A DNA stretch of 63,494 nt, filler included, from Octopus bimaculoides (lineage: Eukaryota): NCBI RefSeq assembly GCF_001194135.2. It is 4 parts of 4 records of this genome, joined end to end, with 100 filler letters (N's around TTAATTAATTAA, not from the genome) between each part and the next. Parts side by side here need not be neighbours in the genome. Positions count along the whole stretch, not along the records: positions 41,993 to 53,378 come from NC_068988.1; positions 53,479 to 63,494 come from NC_068999.1; 2 more parts are not named here. The stretch is one strand, 5' to 3'. Position numbers and translations under genes: made by a program. Numbering within the stretch: position 1 is the first letter of the stretch; every line of letters starts with the position of its first letter. Below, in pieces: positions 49,800 through 63,179 of the stretch. The notes beneath the pieces are model-generated. The model had not been told where the DNA came from, searched no databases, and worked only from the letters and a program-made list of their open reading frames with translations.

Positions 49800-50720
49800 C
49801 GCTCAACTAGGAGTCCACTGTATCTTATAGTAGAAACATCTGTAAACTTATGAAGTTCTTAAGATAATCTTTTATTCCTTTGTCCAATCATTTTCTTATT
49901 ACCACTCTATACTTGACTAACGCTTCGTTCTGAAGGATATGAATCCTGAGTTCTACAGCAGGTTATTAGTCTTGCAATACACAAATGTCAAACCATTTAG
50001 CATTAAAAAAAACATTATAAATCTAATGAAACTAGTCATCGTAATCGTACAACTATAGGCACCTCGGAAAACAAAAAAAAACACTTTTCCGTTTAAGAAC
50101 ACAAATGACACCGGAGTGACCACCATAATCTATACTTTAAAAACAAACCTACCTATCATTTTCAAAGTCACACAATGAAAAAAACCTAGTTGAGGAAAAT
50201 CTCATAAAGTATGGGTAACGCCAGTCAAAGCGTTGAAAAGAAAACAACTCACAAGGGCAACATTCACCTCAGAGGATAATTCAGAATTCTCCGGGAAGGA
50301 ATGTAGAGAGAATAAATGTAGAATATGCAGTAACAATAACGACTTCAAATATTTGGACATTGGTTTCCATGTAAAAGATAAAAGCAGATTCCTCTTTCTA
50401 AATACATGAAAAATATGAACTGTTAGATACAGAATCTATTCTACTGCATTACCACATTGCAAACAAAATTATATTGGTGAAACCTGAAGTTCCTTTCCCT
50501 ACGAGCAAGGATCCATGAACAAAATGTCCGACAAAAAGAATTGCTTAAGGAACTGCTGAGAAAACATATGGAAATATGCGGAAACTGCAGCTTCAAGAAT
50601 ATTACATTCTACAAATGTCCAAGGATGATCCTAAATACTGAAAGGCAATGCAACAACATATTATAAAAGAATTCCTACCAAAACTAAACGCATATAATAT
50701 ACTTAAAACATTGAGAATAA
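49800..50720 (+). mobile_element. Penelope-like element remnant, GIY-YIG endonuclease region
   Basis: Frameshifted plus-strand peptides: LRSEGY, RQSKAL-KRKQLTRATF, KECRENKCRIC (CxxxxCxxC knuckle), MNC*IQNLFYCIT, CKQNYIGET (YIG), LRARIHEQ, KHMEICG, HIIKEFLPKLN. No hammerhead seen downstream. Confidence 0.85.
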
Positions 50721-50941
50721 TTTTTTTAAAAGAATTACTGGATCTTCGTAGTTTGAGTCACTGCATGATAATTTTTTTTTTAATGTTGTATGCAGATGTA
50801 ATTTGTAACGCTGAATTCCAATTTGTTATTTATTGCAGAAAAATTTTGCATCAATGTTACAGGTGTTCAAAGCTTGATGTTTTTCAGAAAACAGAAAACA
50901 GCGCGTTCGCTGCCTCCCCCATCATCAGTCACAGTTGCGAG

Positions 50942-51002
<61 letters not shown>

Positions 51003-51132
51003 TGTGTGTGCGCGTGTGTGTGGAGCGCCGGCATGTCAAAAGAATAGAAATAAGAGTGAAAAACATTAAAACATACGTGAACAAATTAAACATTTAAAAG
51101 CTACGAATGAACCATTCTCGAATCGAATTCCT

Positions 51133-51279
51133 ACTGTTATGGAAACAAACAAGTATGGAACAAGTAGTGGTTACACTCCTTGTGCGCATGCACAGCATTT
51201 TTGGTTACAATGGAAACAGACTTCTTTGGAAACAGTTATCGAACATGTGGTGGTGAGACACCTTGGTTGTTATGGAAAC
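51133..51279. promoter_or_regulatory. Cluster of RFX X-box-like motifs
   Basis: GTTACAATGGAAAC (51204-51217), GTTGTTATGGAAAC (51266-51279), partial ACTGTTATGGAAAC (51133-51146), and NRF1-like GTGCGCATGCAC (51182-51193). Confidence 0.4.
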
Positions 51280-51718
51280 AGAGTTCTTTGCTTACTATGC
51301 TAAGAGAACTTCAGGATGACGTGTAAAATACTCGCTTCTGATTGCCTAAAATAGGCAAATTTTGGAATCTTTAAATGTTAATAACTTTTTAAGTGTGAAT
51401 TTATAACAAAAATTGTTTTCATAATTAGTATACAAAATTTAATCCATATACTAAATCTGAAAAGAATTTGAACAAGTTGGAGATAGTGATTCAAACCACA
51501 AATATCCGAATTATTTTCCCAGACGAAACAAACTAAGATTACCAGTGGATATTATTATAAACAATGCTCTCGTTGCTGTCAGTAAAATAACTGGAAAAAT
51601 TCACTTAAACAAACAGCACAAAACACACAGAATACAAACACTCTCACACGCATATGCTTAACACACACGCACGCACACACACACAACACATGCAAATACA
51701 CGCAACACACGCAAATTA

Positions 51719-51950
51719 GGCGGGGAGCTGGCAGAAACGTTAGCACGTCGGGCGAAATGCTTAGCAGTATTTCGTCTGCCGCTACTTTCTGAGTTCAAAT
51801 TCCGCCGGGGTCGACTTTGCCTTTCATCCTTTTGGGGTCGATTAAATAAGTACCAGTTACGCACTGGGGTCGATATAATCGACTTAATCCGTTTGTCTGT
51901 CCTTGTTTGTCCCCTCTGTGTGTAGCCCCTTGTGGGTAGTAAAGAAATAA
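51719..51950 (+). mobile_element. SINE A full-length, long-tail subfamily
   Basis: Near-consensus copy with the tail TCCGTTTGTCTGTCCTTGTTTGTCCCCTCTGTGTGTAGCCCCTTGTGGG.AGTAAAGAAATAA, the same tail as 7561-7783. Confidence 0.95.
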
Positions 51951-53378
51951 CACGCAAATACACACCCACACGCACACGAACGCAAACGCACACACACACA
52001 CACGCACGTAAAAGCGTTTACAAACAATTTGGTAGATTCTTCAGATTCTGAAAAATGACAACTGACCAAAATAAATTCTGACAGTCGCCCGGTGCGCTAT
52101 CGTTTCTTATTTCTTTATTAACCACATGGGGTTAAAAACAGGGTGGAAAAACAAGGACAGATTAAGTCGATTACATCGACCCCAGTGCGTAGCTGGTACT
52201 TAATTTATCGACCACGTTCCTTAACTCTTCCATTTTCATTCGCATACCTGGGAAACATTGGCTGCCAACCGGGAAATACAGAATAAGTTTTTTAAGCACA
52301 AACATTGCTTCGATACGAGAAAATTTCAGAACCGTCTCCATCAATAAATCACTATTGCTCTAGAAATGGTACTTCAAGGTCATTTTCTACCTCTACCTTC
52401 TATATATATATAAGTATAGAACCAATTGGAAAGTATTATCATTACTTCATTACTTTAACATACCATGGTATCTAGCGTACAACCATCACTGACCATCTCT
52501 CAGGTATGGGACTTCAAGCACATTCGCACTTTGTGTTCATCTTCACAGTTAAGTCGATATGAAAGACAGTAAATATAAATATATAATCATAACTAGTACC
52601 AGAATGTAACGCAGTTTGATTTTTAAGAAGAAAAATTATTTCGTAAATACAGCGAAAATATTTCTTTTCTAAAGGTCATCAAAGGTCAGAATACAGACAA
52701 CATTCAACTTTAGAGCAACGTTATTCTAATATATTGTTTTCAAAGCAGAATTTATCACAAATTATATAGATATCAAACCAATCTTCAGGAGGATGGTTTG
52801 TAGGTGTAGATGACCAATTCAGTCTTTTGATATGTTCCAGTGGTACTAGAAGTTATCAACATTATATAAAATGTTTTGAACTTGTTATCTTTCTCCAATT
52901 TATATACTATATTTTTTTTATGGAACTTCTTTCGAAATCTAAACATATTAATATTTACAGAAATGCAATTACAATTTCTAAAGAGGAAATTATAACAGCT
53001 ATTAGAATAAATATTATATTAAAATGAAATAAAGTAAAGTTTAGCAAACGGTTCACTGAAATAAAATTTTTCAATTTCAGTAGGATATAATAATATATAA
53101 AATGATTTAAAATGAAATGATATGCCAAGAAAAAAAATGAAGTGAAGTAAATATACTAAAATTAATATATTCATATTACACGTATGTTTTGTGTGTAGAA
53201 GCCCAGCATTTTAATGAAAATATATTGATGAATAACAGTGTATTAGAGTTTGGTGTAAATGTGATGTGTATTATGGCCATGCCTTTATGATCTAATTACT
53301 TCACGTTCCGCCAACAATATCTCAGCTAAAAACTCTTCAAGAGAGTGTAACACTGATATATATATATATATATATATA

Positions 53379-53478
53379 NNNNNNNNNNNNNNNNNNNNNN
53401 NNNNNNNNNNNNNNNNNNNNNNTTAATTAATTAANNNNNNNNNNNNNNNNNNNNNNNNNNNNNNNNNNNNNNNNNNNN
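53379..53478. other. Assembly scaffold join (N44-TTAATTAATTAA-N44)
   Basis: Same 100-bp signature. Confidence 0.97.
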
Positions 53479-53612
53479 GCTTCCGCAGTAGTGGCTCGAG
53501 AGTCAACACGTACAGAAGCGACAAGAGGGGGCATCCCTGACGGACCGAACGTGCAATGTCGAAGGGTCTTGATAGATGCCCATTGACGCGAACTACCGAA
53601 CGGATGCCTTGA
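53479..53612 (-). mobile_element. L1/Tx1-type RT fragment
   Basis: YQGIRSVVRVNGHLSRPFDIARSVRQGCPLLSLLYVLTLEPLLRK matches the RT motif RQGCPLSPLL..L.LEPL. It runs into a scaffold gap. Confidence 0.9.
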
Positions 53613-53680
53613 TAGATAGATAGATAGATTGATAGATAGATAGATAGATAGAAAAACGGGTATATATATATAGATAGAGT

Positions 53681-53730
<50 letters not shown>

Positions 53731-54343
53731 AAGAGAGAGAGAGCTTGTGTGGTGTGAGAGTGTGTATGAGAGAGACAGAGAGGGTGAAAGAGAGAAGAAA
53801 GAAGGAAAGAAGTACGAAAGCAAGCAAGTAAGCAGGCAAGGAAGAAACAAAGAAGGAAGGAAAGAAACAAACAAAGAAAGAGAGAAAGAGAGAAAGAGAG
53901 AACGAAATCTTCTATAATGACTGCGAGTAACAGAAACCTTTGTTTGGTAGTGAAGTGGTGTTTCGTGAGGTGAATCGTAAGAGAGTACTCTGCTGTCTGG
54001 CAAAGCTACTCAATCAACACGACACAGACACTAATAAGCTTAATGTCCGTTAGTCCATTAGATCTTGTACCGAACCCATCATATCGCAGTCCTTGCTGTT
54101 TGCTTGTGTTTTTATACGCGTACACGCATGTACTCAAGCGCACAGCCGTACACGCATACATGCAACCATAACACATACATGCACATATACAGGAAGACTA
54201 CGTGTGTATATACTTATATATATATATATATATATATATGCAGATATATATGTATATATAAATATATATACTATGAATGTATATATATTATGTGTGTGTG
54301 TATGTATGTATGTATGTATGTATGTATATATATATATGTATGT

Positions 54344-54377
<34 letters not shown>

Positions 54378-54639
54378 NNNNNNNNNNNNNNNNNNNNNNN
54401 NNNNNNNNNNNNNNNNNNNNNNNNNNNNNNNNNNNNNNNNNNNNNNNNNNNNNNNNNNNNNNNNNNNNNNNNNNNNNNNNNNNNNNNNNNNNNNNNNNNN
54501 NNNNNNNNNNNNNNNNNNNNNNNNNNNNNNNNNNNNNNNNNNNNNNNNNNNNNNNNNNNNNNNNNNNNNNNNNNNNNNNNNNNNNNNNNNNNNNNNNNNN
54601 NNNNNNNNNNNATACGTATATTATATATATAAGTTTACT

Positions 54640-54785
54640 TATTTTTGCCAGCTGAGTGGACTGAAATAATGTAAAATGAAGTGTTTTGCTCAAGAAGGCA
54701 AAGCATCGCTCGGTCCAGGAATCGAAACCACAATCTTACGATCATGAGTTCAACACCCTAACCACTAAGCCACGCGACTCCACTC
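54640..54785 (-). mobile_element. SINE D head
   Basis: ATTTTTGCCAGCTGAGTGGACTG...GGAATCGAAACCACAATCTTACGATCATGAG...ACCACTAAGCCACGCG. Confidence 0.85.
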
Positions 54786-56166
54786 ATTCCAAGTAGGCTT
54801 ATGACTGATGGAAAATATGACCAAGCCTGACCCACATTTCATCATACCTCTGCTCATTTAGAGCTGACCTAAGGATTTGAACTCAAAGTGCAGAAATTCA
54901 GAACCAATATGCCAAAGCATTTTATCCAACGCTGTAACGTCTTATAAATTCACCGTATTCCCACCATGTGCAATTACTGTTTTAATTTACTACATACTTT
55001 CTCTGCCATCGAATTATGTAGCATAAGAATCCTCATCATCACTTCTTGTGATTGGTGCGGTCAATCGTTGTAGTGCTCCCTTGACAGTCAGCAATCGCAC
55101 TGAACCCTGTCCTCTGACACACACAGAAGGGTCACCGTGTTGTCATATCAGGGTTTTATTTATTTATCTTTCTTTCGTCCTCATTCATCTCTGACCTGAA
55201 GAGACATTTTAGACAAGGAGACATGACAGTATACACGTCCATATCAGGTGAGCTTTCGACATTCCAGTTTAGCATGTAGTGGATGTTGCTTTTCGCCTGC
55301 CAGTACATTTAAGGATCTTCTGTCTGACTAAGTCGTGTGACCGTACTCTTTATTCAAGATATGTTAGTTTTCTAATGCAAATGTACTCCAATGACTAACA
55401 TTTGTGAAGTGCCTCGATTACCTTCTCAGCTGATTATATGGAGATCATATTACAGAGGAGATTGTTTAATAATAATTTTGTTGTGTGCAGTAAAATATTT
55501 CTTAAAAGAAACAACCTATTTTATTCTACTAGTGATCAATCACCAACCTTTGTTTCTTACTTATCAAATTTGACCAGAGAAAGGAAAATGGCCGCGAAAC
55601 CTACATTAAATGACGCAGTGTTGAGCAGAGAAAGGACACCTTATGTCAATGAAGTTTTCTATGCACGTAAAAAGATGAAATAACCATGGGTTGAAAAACT
55701 TCATACAGTAATTCATCAAATGGTATCGACCTGCGATTAAACAACTAAAACAAGAACAAAAATTAAACAAACGAACAAACAGCATCAATGAGGATAACAA
55801 GGACAATATCAACCATACATGGTACGATCGAATAACACATATATACACATGCAGCCACGCACGTACATATATATCCATACATACACATATATGCATGTCT
55901 TTATATTACCATGTCATCGGTTTCTTTCTCTTGGTACTTTCTTTTCTAAAAGGCCTGGGAGAAAGGACATAACGATAGAAAAAATATATATGCATATATA
56001 TCCATATATATATATATATATATGTATACGTACATACATATATACATATGTGGTCGTTCCGTTGTCTGTTGTTCATTGTCCTAACGTCCTGTACCCTGAT
56101 ATGCATCTATATACACATGTAGATGTATGTACATATATGTGTGTATACATACATATATACTCTTTG

Positions 56167-56199
<33 letters not shown>

Positions 56200-56256
56200 N
56201 NNNNNNNNNNNNNNNNNNNNNNNNNNNNNNNNNNNNNNNNNNNNNNNNNNNNNNNN

Positions 56257-56309
<53 letters not shown>

Positions 56310-57110
56310 TTATGTATCTTAAACGACCATACTACATACATTGTACTACTAAACAACAAAACAATAGCAGTACCTGTAAAATGATATCAACAACGGAAGG
56401 CACAACACATTCAGTAATGTTGGTTTAATATTCACGTTGTTGCTCTTGGTAGTTTATGTCTGGTCAATAGATGGGATTGGCATGTTCGGGAAATATTTCA
56501 TTATAAATCTCCAGGAATAAATTTAATCTGGGTCAAACAAACCCCAGCATCGTAACAAAAAAAAAAACCCATTAGCGAGACAATCAATAAGAACATCTTA
56601 AAAGAAAGGAAGGACACTTTAGATAATGTAGTCTTAGATATATTGTTTCAAATCACCAGAGCAGAACCTCTTTTATCAAAGATCTGTTCGACACGACATG
56701 AGGTTTAACAACGACGACGAAAGCATGACATGAGGTTTAACAACACCACTACCAACAACAGCAACTCTTAAGTCTGTTGCTTAATTTTCGTTCGTGGTTA
56801 ATTCTGTTTCATATTTACGACTACCCCAACCAATCCTTCATGAAAATTTCCAGATTTATTTTTGTGCAAACATAGCTGAGTATAAATAACTAATTACTTT
56901 TAAAACGACAAGAAGGAAAAAGGTACATATTCATTACCACTTCCGCAACCAGCACCACCAGCAAAAACACCAGTAAAACTATATGATCACTAAGACTGCT
57001 AGAAACAGCAGTTAAATCTTCAAACCATACACTACTACATGTTGGATAATATGATCCTAGGTGCGTCGCATATAATGAAAAGCAACAAAAGATCCTATTT
57101 CGAATAACTT

Positions 57111-57500
57111 TGGTCATAAGTGTGCTCGATTAGAGATGGTTCCGGGTTCATTCTCGCAACGTGGCACCTTGGGCAAGTGTCTTCTACTATAGCCTCCGGC
57201 CGACCAAAAGTCTTGGGAGTGGATTTGGTAGATGGAAACTGAAAGAAGCCCGTCGTATATATGTATATGTGTATATGTTTGTGTGTCTGTGTTTGTCCCC
57301 CTCCCCCGCCACCATCGCCTGACAACCGATGGTGGTGTGTTTACGTCTCCGTAACTTAGCAGTTCAGCAAAAGAGACAGAAAAAATAACGACTAGGCTTA
57401 CAAAGAATAAGCCCTGGGGTCGATTTGCTCGACTAAAGGTGCTGCTCCAGCATGGCCGCAGTCAAATGACTGAAACAAGTAAAAGAGTAAAAGAGTAAAG
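57111..57500 (+). mobile_element. SINE family B full-length
   Basis: Head GGTTCCGGGTTCA..., central CACCTTGGGCAAGTGTCTTCTACTATAGCCTC domain, internal (TA/TG)n, hairpin GGGGTCGATTTGCTCGAC, and a (GTAAAAGA)n tail. Confidence 0.92.
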
Positions 57501-57619
57501 ATCATCTATTTAATAAAAAAAAAAAGAAAAAATGGAATGCTCGCTTCCGAGTGTAACAATACAAAATTGAACTTCTCTTGGTCTCTTCTAAATATCTTTC
57601 GGTTCTGAATTATTGTGGC

Positions 57620-57980
57620 TTCCCGTCGGATACGACAATGAGGGTTCCAGTTGATCCGTTCAACGGAACAGCCTGCTCGTGAAATTAACGTGCAAGTGGC
57701 TGAGCACTCCTCAGACACGTGTACCCTTAACGTAGTTTTCGGAGAGATCTAGCGTGACACATGGTGTGACAAGACTGGCCCCTTGAAATGCAGGTAGAAC
57801 AGAAACACAAAGAAGGATTGAGAGAAAGTTGTGGTGAAAGAGTACAGCAGGGTTCGCTACCACTCCCTGTTGGAGCCTCGTAGAGCTTTAGGTGTTTTCG
57901 CTCAATAAACACTCACAACGCCCGGTCTGGGAATCGAAACTGCGATCCTATGACCGCAAGTCCACTACCTCCACGGTTCT
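57620..57980 (-). mobile_element. SINE family C full-length
   Basis: Minus-strand tRNA-like head (GCGGTCATAGGATCGCAGTTTCGATTCCCAGACCGG) and a conserved 3' domain shared with 35060-35225. Confidence 0.85.
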
Positions 57981-58828
57981 CAATAATATGAGAAGAAAGT
58001 ATGAAAATAAGAAAGTGGCTTAACGTACATATATGGCGGGGAGGAAGAGACGGACGTGTGTGTGTGTGTCAGTGTGAGTATAATTGCAGTTGTAGGGATG
58101 TGTAAGTACATCAATCTATACGACGGATATACTTCTACATCTATATATACTTGTATACGTATGCTTGCATTTATACATGCATACATGCATTCAAGCATAC
58201 ACCATATATCGTATGACGGCGAGATGAGAAAGAAGAAGAAGAAGANNNNNNNNNNNNNNNNNNNNNNNNNNNNNNNNNNNNNNNNNNNNNNNNNNNNNNN
58301 NNNNNNNNNNNNNNNNNNNNNNNNNNNNNNNNNNNNNNNNNNNNNNNNNNNNNNNNNNNNNNNNNNNNNNNNNNNNNNNNNNNNNNNNNNNNNNNNNNNN
58401 NNNNNNNNNNNNNNNNNNNNNNNNNNNNNNNNNNNNNNNNNNNNNNNNNNNNNNNNNNNNNNNNNNNNNNNNNNNNNNNNNNNNNNNNNNNNNNNNNNNN
58501 NNNNNNNNNNNNNNNNNNNNNNNNNNNNNNNNNNNNNNNNNNNNNNNNNNNNNNNNNNNNNNNNNNNNNNNNNNNNNNNNNNNNNNNNNNNNNNNNNNNN
58601 NNNNNNNNNNNNNNNNNNNNNNNNNNNNNNNNNNNNNNNNNNNNNNNNNNNNNNNNNNNNNNNNNNNNNNNNNNNNNNNNNNNNNNNNNNNNNNNNNNNN
58701 NNNNNNNNNNNNNNNNNNNNNNNNNNNNNNNNNNNNNNNNNNNNNNNNNNNNNNNNNNNNNNNNNNNNNNNNNNNNNNNNNNNNNNNNNNNNNNNNNNNN
58801 NNNNNNNNNNNNNNNNNNNNNNNNNNNN

Positions 58829-58862
<34 letters not shown>

Positions 58863-59219
58863 CAGACACACGCACGCTCTTACACACAGATAAGGAAGGG
58901 AACAGAGACGGCGAGGTTCGATGAAAACAAAGAATAATCGGAAGAGTAAGGACACACAACAAAAAAAAAAATATAAAGAAAAAGAGAGAAAGAAATAGAG
59001 AAAAAGATAAAGAAAAGCGACTTCTTTAACGAAGAGACAAAACTGAAAAGGGATTCGACTGAGCAGATTGTTGCATTGTCTTAACGAAGATCGACTTTAA
59101 CATTTAGTGCAGTTTTCGGCCATTCTATTATTATTTGACCAACTATTACTAATGGCTTTACTTGTATTATAACCTGGCATTGATACTACTGTGCCTTTCG
59201 TTGTCTTCGTTCGCTTCTC

Positions 59220-59270
<51 letters not shown>

Positions 59271-59534
59271 AATCAGTTTATTCTTTCATGTTTTGCTTCT
59301 TTTGTTCGGCTCCCAATTTGGAGTTTTCTACCTCGTTCTCTTTCCTATCTATTATCTATCATTGTTTCCCCATTTCTCTGTCTTTCGCCCTTTCTGCCTT
59401 TCATTCTTCCTCTCTACAGGTCCCTTTATCTCTTATACACAATCTAATACACCATTTCAGTCTTAACTACTCACTCACTCACTCACTCACGTATTCTCTA
59501 TCTCAATGTCATTCGCATATGATTGTATGTATGC

Positions 59535-59667
<133 letters not shown>

Positions 59668-60150
59668 GATTGAGGGAAAGAGCAGTGCATGCCATCAAAA
59701 ATGACACGTGTAAACTTTACGAAGTCCAGTATACCCATCATGACTACCCGTCTGATAAGGGTACACGAGGCACATGCATCACCACCCTATGTGCGCAACA
59801 TAGTGATCTCATGTCAAGATAAACAGTGCCTGACCTTGCAGGTGGGCCTGGTTAAAAATTTTCTTCAGGTTGAGTAGCCCTTTCTACTCCAAAGACCCTT
59901 GAATAACGTTTGTTTTAAGGATAATGAACGAAACATCAATCCTTCCAGCGGTCTATTATTCAAACCCCCAAAGAATTCCTCTCAACACATGGCTGTGCTC
60001 CCCAACTACTTCTGCTGGTGATCAGAAATGCGCATATTGTCAGCCACTAAGGGACATGCTCAACTGCTTAAGGTCAAACAACTGACAAGCACGTCTGTGG
60101 TATTGAGCAGAATACTTATACTTGCTGTAGCCCACTTTTTATACCAAGGC
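59668..60150 (-). mobile_element. Unclassified interspersed repeat with (AAT)n tail (probable non-LTR retroposon 3' region)
   Basis: About 480 bp of higher-complexity, GC-richer sequence with (ATT)n arrays on both sides. Read on the minus strand it ends in a long (AAT)n. No protein motif recognised. Confidence 0.5.
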
Positions 60151-60489
60151 AGAACAATGTTATTATTATCATCATCATTACTACTATTATTATTATTATT
60201 ATTATTATTGTAACTGGCACCATCAAGTTCACAGCAGGTTTAGCAGGCACCTTTCTAAAAACGTATGTACACATATATGTATCGGCGTTTGTGATTATAT
60301 GTATGCATAGTATATTGGTGTGTGCGTGTGTGTGTGTGTGTATACAGGTATGTTGATGCAAAGGGGTAAAATAGAACTTGAAATATGGGTATATTTTTTA
60401 TCAAAATGTAGCAGAGGTAACAAAGCGACCAGTTTGATAAGTGTGAATGCAGAAAACTCTCGGTCCTCGAGTCGCTCTGTTACTTCTGC

Positions 60490-60540
<51 letters not shown>

Positions 60541-61164
60541 NNNNNNNNNNNNNNNNNNNNNNNNNNNNNNNNNNNNNNNNNNNNNNNNNNNNNNNNNNNN
60601 NNNNNNNNNNNNNNNNNNNNNNNNNNNNNNNNNNNNNNNNNNNNNNNNNNNNNNNNNNNNNNNNNNNNNNNNNNNNNNNNNNNNNNNNNNNNNNNNNNNN
60701 NNNNNNNNNNNNNNNNNNNNNNNNNNNNNNNNNNNNNNNNNNNNNNNNNNNNNNNNNNNNNNNNNNNNNNNNNNNNNNNNNNNNNNNNNNNNNNNNNNNN
60801 NNNNNNNNNNNNNNNNNNNNNNNNNNNNNNNNNNNNNNNNNNNNNNNNNNNNNNNNNNNNNNNNNNNNNNNNNNNNNNNNNNNNNNNNNNNNNNNNNNNN
60901 NNNNNNNNNNNNNNNNNNNNNNNNNNNNNNNNNNNNNNNNNNNNNNNNNNNNNNNNNNNNNNNNNNNNNNNNNNNNNNNNNNNNNNNNNNNNNNNNNNNN
61001 NNNNNNNNNNNNNNNNNNNNNNNNNNNNNNNNNNNNNNNNNNNNNNNNNNNNNNNNNNNNNNNNNNNNNNNNNNNNNNNNNNNNNNNNNNNNNNNNNNNN
61101 NNNNNNNNNNNNNNNNNNNNNNNNNNNNNNNNNNNNNNNNNNNNNNNNNNNNNNNNNNNNNNNN

Positions 61165-61199
<35 letters not shown>

Positions 61200-61913
61200 A
61201 CGACCTGCTTTGAATGCATGTTTGCTGAATTAAGAGCCGTTATATGTTGTTCTCTTTCGTAGTGTAGTACATTTGTAATTCAAACAAGTTAAATGTTTCA
61301 TCATTGTGTATTTGCATTTGTATGTTTGCATACGCCATTCTCCCATTGCGTGGTACAGTCTCCATCTCTATCTCCACCACTCCCCGTCTCCCCTTCCCCC
61401 TTCTTTCTCTCTTTCTTTTCTCACTCTTTTGACAGTCTTTGCAGCATTTGTCGCGGACATCGTTCGAAGGAATTTAGTTGAATAAGTACGAGGAAGTAAC
61501 TGTCTAAAAGCAAAAGACAAACGCCATTGTCTCTCGCACTCTACTTCAACCCTAACGACTTTCTCTTCTTCTGTCTCTACTTCGTTTTCTCTTCAGAATA
61601 ACTTGCTGGATTTTCCTGAAAAGAAACGAGGCTCGTAAACAAACGTAAAACATCTTCGCCGTCATCTTGTATTCTTCAATCACTTCCCATTTAGTTTCAG
61701 CCTTCCTTTAGTTTCCTATTTTGCATTCGATGTACATCTTGTACAGCTCACGCATTCTAGTGCTTTCTGCCTGTCTGCCTGTCTCTCTCCCCCTCTCTCT
61801 CTCTCTCTCTCTTCCGCCTTCTTTGTTGCGCTTTGAAGGCGCGTCTGTGTGTGCGAATGTGCTTGCCTATTTTTGTTTGTGTATATATGTACATATATGT
61901 GTGTGATTTATAC

Positions 61914-61954
<41 letters not shown>

Positions 61955-61974
61955 AATCACTCTGTCTCTCTCTT

Positions 61975-62012
<38 letters not shown>

Positions 62013-63108
62013 NNNNNNNNNNNNNNNNNNNNNNNNNNNNNNNNNNNNNNNNNNNNNNNNNNNNNNNNNNNNNNNNNNNNNNNNNNNNNNNNNNNNNNNN
62101 NNNNNNNNNNNNNNNNNNNNNNNNNNNNNNNNNNNNNNNNNNNNNNNNNNNNNNNNNNNNNNNNNNNNNNNNNNNNNNNNNNNNNNNNNNNNNNNNNNNN
62201 NNNNNNNNNNNNNNNNNNNNNNNNNNNNNNNNNNNNNNNNNNNNNNNNNNNNNNNNNNNNNNNNNNNNNNNNNNNNNNNNNNNNNNNNNNNNNNNNNNNN
62301 NNNNNNNNNNNNNNNNNNNNNNNNNNNNNNNNNNNNNNNNNNNNNNNNNNNNNNNNNNNNNNNNNNNNNNNNNNNNNNNNNNNNNNNNNNNNNNNNNNNN
62401 NNNNNNNNNNNNNNNNNNNNNNNNNNNNNNNNNNNNNNNNNNNNNNNNNNNNNNNNNNNNNNNNNNNNNNNNNNNNNNNNNNNNNNNNNNNNNNNNNNNN
62501 NNNNNNNNNNNNNNNNNNNNNNNNNNNNNNNNNNNNNNNNNNNNNNNNNNNNNNNNNNNNNNNNNNNNNNNNNNNNNNNNNNNNNNNNNNNNNNNNNNNN
62601 NNNNNNNNNNNNNNNNNNNNNNNNNNNNNNNNNNNNNNNNNNNNNNNNNNNNNNNNNNNNNNNNNNNNNNNNNNNNNNNNNNNNNNNNNNNNNNNNNNNN
62701 NNNNNNNNNNNNNNNNNNNNNNNNNNNNNNNNNNNNNNNNNNNNNNNNNNNNNNNNNNNNNNNNNNNNNNNTATATATATATGTATATATATATGTATGC
62801 ATATATGTATATGTGTGTGTACGATTGTATTTATATATGTGTGCGTGTGGGGTGTCTTGATGTGCGCATGTCTGTATCAGTTCGTAACATGTCTACACAG
62901 CGCACAGTTCTGTATTGTTCTGTCATTTTAATTACATTCTCATAATAATGGTGAAACCTTAATGTTCAATGCTTATTAATTCTAGCAAATGTTACAATTC
63001 ATTTGCTTCTGCTCAACCAGCTTATTTTCGTCTTGGTTCTAATAAACGTATATTCCCTTTACAAATACACATACACACACTTACACAAACACACACACAC
63101 ACACTATG

Positions 63109-63179
<71 letters not shown>

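Noticed and set aside
55586-55683. Short ORF MAAKPTLNDAVLSRERTPYVNEVFYARKKMK with YY1-like AAAATGGCCG
   Set aside because: Only 31 aa, with no homology recognised and no independent support.
56695-56744. 18-bp direct repeat GACATGAGGTTTAACAAC (period 32)
   Set aside because: A single small tandem duplication; no TE lies between the copies.
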